Shown here one piece after another: positions 54,270-64,000 of a stretch of 64,000 nt of DNA (the first letter of the stretch is position 1; the number at the start of each line of letters is the position of its first letter). Both the position numbers and the translations under genes were made by a program. The stretch is from positions 104,691 to 168,690 of the forward strand of contig CBFFRP010000167.1 of the NCBI GenBank assembly GCA_965644295.1. Direction: 5' to 3'. Under the pieces are notes generated by a model that made no database searches, was not told where the DNA came from, and saw only the letters and a list, made by a program, of their open reading frames with translations. The DNA is from Paraphysomonas bandaiensis. Taxonomy: Eukaryota; Protista; Chrysophyceae.

Positions 54270-54693
54270 CAGGCTTGCGTAACAATTAATGGTGATGAAG
54301 ACAAGACTATTCGTTATATAACGACAACCAAAAGCTCAAGAAAGCACGCATCAAACTGCCAACACAATATCGTTGCATGAATCATTTGTATAGCACTACC
54401 AATGTTTGTGAGAGTTTGTTTTGCACAGCTAAGATTGTTATGACTGATTTTCGCCAGCGAATGACACCTAGACAACTTGAAATATTGATGTTTTTACGTG
54501 CATATCGGCATCTTTGGGATGAGGTTGTAGTTCAGAAAGATATTCTAAAACCCAGCAATAAAATTGAAGGAAATTAATTGGCAATATATTGCCAATTAAT
54601 TGTATTGCTAAAATTGGATGCTTGGTTAATAATTGCAATTATTGTATTATTATTGTTGGATACCTGTCACCAATTAATTGTAATGCAAGCCTG
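54270..54693 (+). mobile_element. Internally deleted hAT DNA transposon
   Basis: TIRs CAGGCTTGCGTAACAATTAAT / ATTAATTGTAATGCAAGCCTG. Internal ORF TTNVCESLFCTAK...RMTPRQLEILMFL matches the hAT C-terminal dimerisation pattern. Confidence 0.8.
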
Positions 54694-55211
54694 GACTACA
54701 TTCTAGCGTAGCCCGATTATATGTAGTGTTTATGAGTTTGATATATACTTTCAAGTATTGCACCGCTATTACATAATGCATAGTGTGATGCGAATAGATA
54801 GTTAAATTTTCAATGGGTTGTAGCTTTAGAAAGACTACACATTAACTCAATATTGATCCTGTTAGAATTCATACCTTGATGTTTTTTGAGAATCTCTTTT
54901 CCAGTTGAAGATATGTATTCTTGTCTAGCGATAAATTATGACTCAGTTAGTAAACTAATTTTGTCTTAAAACCCATGATCATATTATTTCCATCACTGTA
55001 ACTCCTTATGTATGCTTAGTGTTTCACATGAATATTCAGTAGAGATAACTCAATGACTTCGTCTTATCTGCTGTACTACATCTATAGCACAACATAATGA
55101 CCCTGTTACTAACTTCTTACTCTCTACATATAGCTACAGCAATAGGAAATAGATGCAGCATTTACAGTTCTTTAGCTACATATACTGGAAGATTTGTTTT
55201 AATTAGGAATG

Positions 55212-56126
55212 TCACATATAAAGTATTTCTTCTATGCTGTCTACATTAGATTCGAAATCCAAAGTGGCAACCTCTATCTGTGAGTCGTCCCCTTTGTTCG
55301 AAGAATTCAACACATTGCTGAACAATTCTGCAGCCTTATACTTTAATCTTCGTCCTTTACCTGACCTTAATTCTACCTTTCCTAACTCATTGAACTTAAC
55401 TAACACATTTCGACCTTTTGATCGAGCTTTATATATACAAAACTTTCGAAAATTCTTAACGCTGGCACAAGGAGATATATTCGAAACTTTCGTTGAATTG
55501 TACACTATACTTTCCCCTTCGACTATTCTGTAGGGATTGTCATACAGGACAAGTAAATAGATAAATGGAAATTTCTCTATGAGACTGTATACAGATTCCT
55601 TCGGGGGCAGTGACAGGTATGGAGGCCGAAAGACTTCGTGGTATATATTGCACCCTTCGGACAGCAACTTAACACAACACATATCCATCGATCGATTGGT
55701 GAATTGGAAATATCCTGAATTATGAGCCGCTTCACTCAACGGCCGTACGAAATTGTCATCATACAAAGAGCCATACGTAAGACAGGGCTGTTTGCAGTGA
55801 AAACGACCTCGAGTGGACGTATGCACAATGAAAGGTAACTTCGCAACATTCTTATACACATCATACAGCGCATTGGAAGGACTCAATGCACGACTACAGT
55901 AAATACACTTCCGTATATTGCATTCCATAACATTATGAGGGGCGCATATATCGCAGTACAGAGATCCACAGTAACGGCAATGATGTTTTCTCCAAAAAAA
56001 TGAAAACTTTACACCGCATGAGCGACACTCTATAGCCGTGTGATCGTCTTCCCATATCACTCTATAGCGATCTGATAGAGCCTCACGACGCTGTGATGAA
56101 AACTTAGCAAGATAAGTCTCTATCAT
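55212..56126 (-). CDS. FYVE zinc-finger protein
   Basis: WEDD...CRSC...FSFFWRKHHCRYCGSLYCDIC...RKCIYC. Confidence 0.88.
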   Translation of the reverse strand: MIETYLAKFSSQRREALSDRYRVIWEDDHTAIECRSCGVKFSFFWRKHHCRYCGSLYCDICAPHNVMECNIRKCIYCSRALSPSNALYDVYKNVAKLPFIVHTSTRGRFHCKQPCLTYGSLYDDNFVRPLSEAAHNSGYFQFTNRSMDMCCVKLLSEGCNIYHEVFRPPYLSLPPKESVYSLIEKFPFIYLLVLYDNPYRIVEGESIVYNSTKVSNISPCASVKNFRKFCIYKARSKGRNVLVKFNELGKVELRSGKGRRLKYKAAELFSNVLNSSNKGDDSQIEVATLDFESNVDSIEEILYM

Positions 56127-56280
56127 TCTAATGGTGGAGAAGAATGGCTAGAGAACACTGAAGGACATAACGATTATTAATAGGCAAAGTGACACGGCAC
56201 TATATACATACATATATACACAGACCATACAGTAGATATCACCACCAGATACACACACTCCACAAACCTTATGCCACACG

Positions 56281-56655
56281 TATGTACAGTATGTATGTAT
56301 GTATGTATGTATGTATGTATGTATGTATGTATGTATGTATGTATGTATGTATGTATGTATGTATGTATGTATGTATGTATGTATGTATGTATGTATGTAT
56401 GTATGTATGTATGTATGTATGTATGTATGTATGTATGTATGTATGTATGTATGTATGTATGTATGTATGTATGTATGTATGTATGTATGTATGTATGTAT
56501 GTATGTATGTATGTATGTATGTATGTATGTATGTATGTATGTATGTATGTATGTATGTATGTATGTATGTATGTATGTATGTATGTATGTATGTATGTAT
56601 GTATGTATGTATGTATGTATGTATGTATGTATGTATGTATGTATGTATGTATGTA
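56281..56655. repeat. (TATG)n microsatellite, ~370 bp
   Basis: Near-perfect tetranucleotide tract. Confidence 0.99.
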
Positions 56656-56656
56656 T

Positions 56657-59075
56657 TGTGGCATGAAACCCCAGCCTTTTGGGAAAACCTTGGGTTTTTA
56701 GATTTGCGATCACTCTCCTTCAGGGTTTGCCTTGGGCACGTCCCTTCAGGATCGTGATATAGTGATAGGCAGTTGCTTCATGCCAGCCTATACATACATG
56801 ATTCTTATATACATAATAACCATATATTCCTAGTCTTCTTTCTCTTGGTGTCTGTCAGCTACAATATCGATATTCAGTTTAACTGATATCAAGGAGAGCA
56901 AGGAAATGAAAACGCGTTTTAGAACAAGAGTGTGAGGGGGTTCCTGAGGAGCCGAGACCCTCCAGTGTGATGGAAGGGAAGGAGGCAGGGGCCTCCGACC
57001 GAGAACTTCCAAAGAGTGATTTAGATTATGAGGGTGAGGGGGTTCCTGAGGAGCCGAGACCCTCCAGTGTGATGGAAGGGAAGGAGGCAGGGGCCTCCGA
57101 CCGAGAACTTCCAAAGAGTGATTTAGATTATGAGGGTGAGGGGGTTCCTGAGGAGCCGAGACCCTCCAGTGTGATGGAAGGGAAGGAGGCAGGGGCCTCC
57201 GACCGAGAACTTCAAAAGAGGGATTTAAATTATGAGAGTGAGGGGGCTCTTGAGGAGCCGATAACCTCCAGTTCAACGGAAGGGAAGGAGGCAGAGGCCT
57301 CCGACCGAGAACTTCCGAAGAGTGGTTCGTATGGAAAATACTCCAAAGGTGAGTTCTGCGAATTATACTCGGCTGTCATGGGTTGAAATGAACAGGGTGG
57401 GAAAAGGATGTGCAAGGCTCTGCTTGATACTGGCGCGTCGGCGAACTTTATTAGTAAAGACGTTGTACAGTGGTTGATAGAGAGTGATTCTGTTCCAATA
57501 CCTGTAATTAAGAATATTGCGGGTGGCTTGAAGTCTGCTTTTGCATTGTGTAGGAGGGGTGTACCCTTTGATGTAAAAATCCTTTCGGAGGCAAAGGAGC
57601 CTCCGGGGTTGCAAGCTAGGTTAACTGCTTGGGAATTAGATTTAAATTTTGATATTATATTAGGAATGCAGACTGTACGAGAACTAGATTTAGTTGTACA
57701 TTGCCCTAATGCTTTATGAGCACGGACAGCGCATGGCGGCTAGCCAACGTAGTGGGAAACAGCGCATTCCTTCATGCGAGAGAGAGAGATGATCAGTCTG
57801 GGGGAGCAGTGCCTCTTGGCCTGGGCGTGCACGCGTCTTACCCTTGTGGGGGGGAACGAGCCAGCGTTCGTCTACCGCTACGCAAAAATTATGACCTTGG
57901 GGTGCAGAGCGAGTTAGCTCCACTCGAGGTAGGAATCAATGATAGTGGCGAAGATTGGTCATACCCAGTGGAGGAGCAGTTGCTCTCTCTGGGGGTCGAG
58001 GACCCTACTAACTTCTCGACCAGGTCCGCAAGGGACCGAGAGAATATGAAGGAGATTCGCGATGATCAATTGGAGTCTATTGATTCTGATTATTTAAGTG
58101 CGGAAAAGGATCCGCAAGTGCTTCCAGATAAGATATTTGGATCCCCGAGTTTACAGAGTCGTATCCGGGATGTCCTGGGGGAATACAAGGAGATATTCCG
58201 ATTAGAGATTCGTAAAGGGGAACCAGCCAAGCTGGAGCCTTTTGAGTTAGAAGTCCGGAACCCGTCTGAAACGTGGTTGATACCGGCACATAAATTGCCT
58301 CCCCGGAGGTTAGACAGGAGTCGCCAGCGCGAGCTCCAACATTTGGTGGATAAGCTAGAGAAGTTAGGAGCAATCCAACTTAGCACAGCCACTCATCACA
58401 GTCATCCCTTTGTGGTGCCGAAGCCAGATAATAAAGGGCGGTGGGTAATAGACTATAAAAACTTAAATCGGGTCACGACTTCAGAAAGCTGGCCAATTCC
58501 AAATATAAGAGATATGATCTATAGAATTGGTGCCAGGGGGTAAACGATCCCGTGCTGGGTTGCCTTTTTACTCAAAACGGGGTGTACGAGTGGCTCCGGC
58601 TCCCCATGGGTTTAAAGTGCGCTCCATCTTATTTCCAGAGGCAAATGCAAAATATAGTGCTTGCGGGCCTGGTATATAATGAGTTTTCTTTGCATGCAAT
58701 ATTGGGAAATTATACAAAAAGTCTCAAGCGCATCGGAAAGTGCTCGACTGGTCAGTGGAGGCCACGGTAGCATTCGATGAGCGGAAGGAGCGAATTCATG
58801 AGTGTCCCTTATTATTTTTTATGGATGATGTTTTCCCCATCTATCTATATACTGATGCATCAATAATAGGGATTGGGGCTCATTTGGTGCAAATCGTGGA
58901 GGGTCACGACGCACAATAATTGGTATGATTAGTAAGACGTTCGAGTCAACCTTGGCGAAATGGCATACCTGTGAGCAGGAAGGATTTGCCATTTTTGTAT
59001 GCCTTGAATAAGTGGGAATACTTGTTGAGAGATCGACGTTTCATTGTTCGAACTGATCACGACAGCTTAAAGTCG
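56657..59075 (+). mobile_element. Degenerate Ty3/gypsy LTR retrotransposon (protease, RT, RNase H; stops and frameshifts)
   Basis: ALLDTGASANFI (aspartic protease); HPFVVPKPDNKGRWVIDYKNLN and YEWLRLPMGLKCAPSYFQ (RT); YTDAS..GIGA, EQEGFAI, FIVRTDH (RNase H). Begins TG right after the microsatellite. Confidence 0.9.
56933..57325 (+). repeat. 102-bp tandem repeat (~3.8 copies) in the gypsy leader
   Basis: Unit GAGGGGGTTCCTGAGGAGCCGAGACCCTCC...; last copy diverged. Confidence 0.92.
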
Positions 59076-59299
59076 AGGTAATACCAAAACCTGGGTTTTG
59101 ATGTAAAACCTGGTGAAATTTTTGGTGATGGTCGGAAAAGGGTATAACTATGCACAATAAGTAACTATGAAGTTAATAACAGTGTGAAGAGTATTATTTA
59201 TAATATTTTTTACTAATTTCTTCCATATTACTTCAGTTTTACAGCAATAAAAGTCACCGACTACACATATATATTACATACAGTTCACAAGTATGAACT

Positions 59300-59849
59300 A
59301 TAACCATCTCACTAAACACCACTACACCATCTCAGAATACACCCACATACCATCTCACTATACACCCATATACCATCTCACTATACACCCATACCATATT
59401 ACTATGCATCACTATACCATCCCACTATATTATACCACTATACCATCTACTGTATGCCACTATACCACCTAACTATACATCACTACACTATCTCACTATA
59501 CACCCATATACCATCTCACTATACACCCATATACCATCTCACTATACACCCATACCATATTATTATGCATCACTATACCATCCCACTATATTATACCACT
59601 ATACCATCTACTGTATGCCACTATACCACCTAACTATACATCACTACACTATCTCACTATACACCCATATACCATCTCACTATACACCCATATACCATCT
59701 CACTATACACCCATACCATATTATTATGCATCACTATACCATCCCACTATATTATACCACTATACCATCTACTGTATACCACTATACCACCTAACTATAC
59801 ATCACTACACTATCTCACTATACACCCATATACCATTTCACTATACACC
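59300..59849. repeat. C/A-rich minisatellite with ~161-bp higher-order repeat (3 copies)
   Basis: CACTATAC/CCATCT subunits; marker CTACTGTA at 59447, 59608 and 59769. Confidence 0.9.
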
Positions 59850-60831
59850 TACGTATGGGACAAATCATACGCGATGGGCAGAAACCAAGCCAAAGGAAAA
59901 ACCGGGCCTGATCACATAACAACGGCCTCAGCATGCGCAGACTGTGCACTCCCAATCGACAACATGGCACACAGCCTTCTCACCTGCACACACCCCGACC
60001 TCACTCACATACGTGAAGATGTTCACCAAGCACACCACAAGTTCGACAAACTTCGCACACGCACGCTCCCCCATCCCTGGTTCCACACCGCCATAATCAA
60101 ACTAGCAAAAGCCGCATGGAATCCACACACACCCCAGGCTGAGCGCTACTGGACCGGCCACATTACTGCCACACAATTGACCGACGCATTCGGACGCCAC
60201 ATATCCAGCTCACTGCTCGAACATCAGTTCCACGTTCTCGAAAAATCCGTAACCTCTATCCTCCTTCCCCTATATGGTGGAGGGCTCCGCATGCTTCGAA
60301 ACAGAGGTCTCAGACATCACAACACAGACACGGCATCAGTAACACCGATTACGACCCCACCACACTCACAGCAACGCCCGTCGCAGGATACTCACCCGAC
60401 ACCAAAAATACTCCAACTACTCCTAGCGACATCCACCCCAAGAATTCTATCCGCTGCAAGAGTCCGAACCCGACAGAGACAAGCACCACCACTCCGGAAA
60501 CAACTCCTCCTTACTTGTGGTCGAAATCCCACCTCGACAACGAGCACCATCTACACCACCGACTTACACTCTCATATACATCTAGCCCCAACCATCCCCC
60601 GTAAAACTCACGATACAGGCCCGGCAGACACACTGCCCAAAGGCAGACCCCCCGATTAACCTCACTGCAAGGGACGGTTGAACCATGGTGCTCGCAGCGA
60701 TGCACAAGCAGTCCCGAGACGGTAGCCCGCTAATAGTAGTATATAGTAAGTCGAGTTATTAGTTATTCTATAGATGTAAAACTAGTTTCTGTACGCAACC
60801 GTTCTCATGTAATAATCAGATATTCTTTTAT
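59850..60831 (+). mobile_element. 5'-truncated non-LTR retrotransposon (LINE ORF2 C-terminus)
   Basis: ORF 59874..60659 with a CADC...H...C zinc knuckle; flanked by the 15-bp direct repeat ATTTCACTATACACC (59835-59849 and 60832-60846). Confidence 0.7.
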
Positions 60832-62965
60832 ATTTCACTATACACCCATATACTACCTCACTATACATCACTATATTATACCACTATACCATCTCACTAT
60901 ACATCACTATACCATCTCACTATATACCACTATACTATCTCACTATATACCACTATACCATCTCACTATACAACCACTGCACCATCTAACTATATATCAC
61001 TATGCCATCTAACTATGCTAATATACCATCTCACTATACATCCAGATACCATATTACTATTCACCACTATACCATCCCACTATATACCACTATACCATCT
61101 CACTATATACCACTATACCATCTCACTATATACCACTAGTATACCATATCACTATATATCACTATACCATCTCACCATATGCCACTATACTATCTCACTA
61201 TATTATACCACTATACCATCTAACTATATATCACTATGCCATCTAACTATGCTAATATACCATCTCACTATATACCATTACACCATCTCACTATACAACC
61301 ACTGTACCATATCACTACACACCCAGATACCATCCCACTATACCATCTCACTATATACCACGATACCATCTCACCATATGTCACTATACCATCTCACTAT
61401 ACATCCAGATACCATCTCACTATACAACCACTGTACCATCTCACTATACACCCAGATACCATCCCACTATATACCACTATACCATCTCACTATATACCAC
61501 TATACCATCTCACTATATACCACTATACCATCTCACTATATTATACCACTATACCATCTAACTATATTATATCACTATGCCATCTAACTATGCTAATATA
61601 CCATCTCACTATACATCCCTACACCATATTACTATTCACCACTATACCATCCCACTATATACCACTATACCATCTCACTATATACCACTACTATACCATA
61701 TCACTATACCATCTCACCATATGCCACTATACCATATTACGATTCACCCATATACCATCTAACTATATACACTATACCATCTCACTATACAACCACTGTA
61801 CCATCGCACTATACAACCACTGTACCATCTCACTATATACCACTATACCATCTCACTATATAACACTATACCATATCACTATATACCACTATACCATCTC
61901 ACAATATACCACTATACCATCTCACAATATACCACTATACCATCTCACTATACAACCACTGTACCATCTCACTATATACCCAGATACCATCCCACTATAT
62001 ACCACTATACCATATCAATATATACCACTATACCATCTCACCATATGTCACTATACTATCTCACTATACATCACTATACCATCTCACTATATTATACCAC
62101 TATACCATCTAACTATATATCACTATGCCATCTAACTATGCTAATATACCATCTCACTATACATCCCTACACCATATTACTATTCACCACTATACCATCT
62201 CACTATATACCACTATACCATCTCACTATATACCACTACTATACCATATCACTATACCATCTCACCATATGCCACTATACCATATTACGATTCACCCATA
62301 TACCATCTAACTATATACACTATACCATCTCACTATACAACCATTGTACCATCTCACAATACACGCAGATACCATCCCACTATATACCACTATACCATCT
62401 CACTATATAACACTATACCATATCACTATATACCACTATACCATCTTACAATATACCACTATACCATCTCACAATATACCACTATACCATATCACAATAT
62501 ACCACTATACCATCTCACAATATACCACTATACCATATCAATATATACCACTATACCATCTCACCATATACCACTATACCATATCAATATATGCCACTAT
62601 ACCATCTAACTATATACACTATACCATCTCACTATACAACCATTGTACCATCTCACAATACACGCAGATACCATCCCACTATATACCACTATACCATCTC
62701 ACTATATTATAACACTATACCATATCACTATATACCACTATACCATCTTACTATATACCACTATACCATCTCACAATATACCACTATACCATATCACAAT
62801 ATACCACTATACCATCTCACTATATACCACTATACCATATCACTATATACCACTATACCATATCAATATATACCACTATACCATCTCAATATATGCCACT
62901 ATACTATCTCACTATACATCCCTATACCATCTAACTATATACACTATACCATCTCACTCTTACCA
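60832..62965. repeat. C/A-rich satellite, ~23-bp unit CACTATACCATCTCACTATATAC, with larger block duplications
   Basis: Continuous degenerate array, very G-poor on +; blocks at 61577 and 62125 (548 bp apart) nearly identical. Confidence 0.95.
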
Positions 62966-63141
62966 CATAATGCATGCAGCAGGCGGACATAAAGGTCTTC
63001 AACATGGCACTGGTTCTTTCATGCTAATAGTAAATATATCTGTACAATATATTTCAATAGTTAATGTATATTTATAATAGATATGTATTTTACTGCAAGC
63101 AAAAGACCATGGGCACAGAATACACGGATGCAACACGTGCA

Positions 63142-63948
63142 GATTGGGAAGGTCACATCTTTTCATGACGACACTGTCCCAATAGCAGTCGCCACCGCTA
63201 TTGAGGCGAGTTGAAGTCACAGGTTTCCTTCCGCAACCATTATATATACAGTATAACATACAAGTAAGTTCTGTCGACATCTTTTCATGACAACCCTGCG
63301 CCAATAGCAGTCGCCACCGCTACTGACACGAGTGGATATCACAGGTGACCGAACAAACAAGTATAACATATGAAGGTTGGGAAGGTCACATCTTTTCATG
63401 ACGACACTGTCCCAATAGCAGTCGCCACCGCTATTGAGGCGAGTTGAAGTCACAGGTTTCCTTCCGCAACCATTATATATACAGTATAACATACAAGTAA
63501 GTTCTGTCGACATCTTTTCATGACAACCCTGCGCCAATAGCAGTCGCCACCGCTACTGACACGAGTGGATATCACAGGTGACCGAACAAACAAGTATAAC
63601 ATATGAAGGTTGGGAAGGTCACATCTTTTCATGACGACACTGTCCCAATAGCAGTCGCCACCGCTATTGAGGCGAGTTGAAGTCACAGGTTTCCTTCCGC
63701 AACCATTATATATACAGTATAACATACAAGTAAGTTCTGTCGACATCTTTTCATGACAACCCTGCGCCAATAGCAGTCGCCACCGCTACTGACACGAGTG
63801 GATATCACAGGTGACCGAACAAACAAGTATAACATATGAAGGTTGGGAAGGTCACATCTTTTCATGACGACACTGTCCCAATAGCAGTCGCCACCGCTAT
63901 TGAGGCGAGTTGAAGTCACAGGTTTCCTTCCGCAACCATTATATATAC
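63142..63948 (-). repeat. 233-bp tandem array of alternating A/B hairpin units (4 A + 3 B), candidate structured ncRNA array
   Basis: A at 63142, 63375, 63608, 63841; B at 63264, 63497, 63730. Shared core CATCTTTTCATGAC...CCAATAGCAGTCGCCACCGCTA...TCACAGGT. Confidence 0.9.
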
Positions 63949-64000
63949 GTACGTACATGTAATCAAGCATAACAGACATTCATGGCAGACAGGTTCGTGT

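Noticed and set aside
61015-63077. His/Tyr/Thr/Ile-rich ORFs
   Set aside because: G-poor satellite has few stop codons; no coding signal.
63142-63948. CRISPR array, hammerhead, SECIS or protein-coding reading of the 233-bp repeats
   Set aside because: Spacers repeat identically and there are no cas genes. CUGUGA lacks the essential A of the hammerhead CUGANGA core. AUGA..AA..GA spacing exists on + but SECIS helix II pairs poorly. The period is not a multiple of 3, so the 98-106 aa ORFs are incidental.

Overview
Compact eukaryotic genomic DNA: standard code, many short (~45-60 bp) GT-AG introns. The gene content suggests a stramenopile/chrysophyte-like protist, which is inference. It holds two identical tRNA-Cys(GCA) genes and about 19 protein-coding genes: class C GPCR, atlastin, EF-1B, a JmjC/cupin oxygenase with an HxA iron motif, UBL5, a secreted four-repeat acidic helical protein, CybB-type cytochrome b561, Got1, ACP5-like phosphatase, an iso-orotate decarboxylase-like amidohydrolase, calpain-7, GAPDH, carboxylesterase, 2-phosphoglycerate-kinase-like NTPase, F-box-like protein, a 7TM-kinase-PAS fusion, a FYVE protein and two unknowns. 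Fourteen of these genes form seven head-to-head pairs spaced ~460-590 bp. Mobile and repeat DNA: two related Ty3/gypsy remnants tied to long (TATG)n tracts, hAT-derived elements, a 5'-truncated LINE with a 15-bp TSD inside a C/A-rich satellite, and a degenerate dispersed element with possible HUH-Rep motifs. The most unusual feature is the terminal 233-bp tandem array of two alternating ~96-nt units that fold into the same long hairpin, with compensatory changes and minus-strand G-U bias, suggesting an array of unannotated structured RNAs. All calls are from manual reading; no database searches were run.
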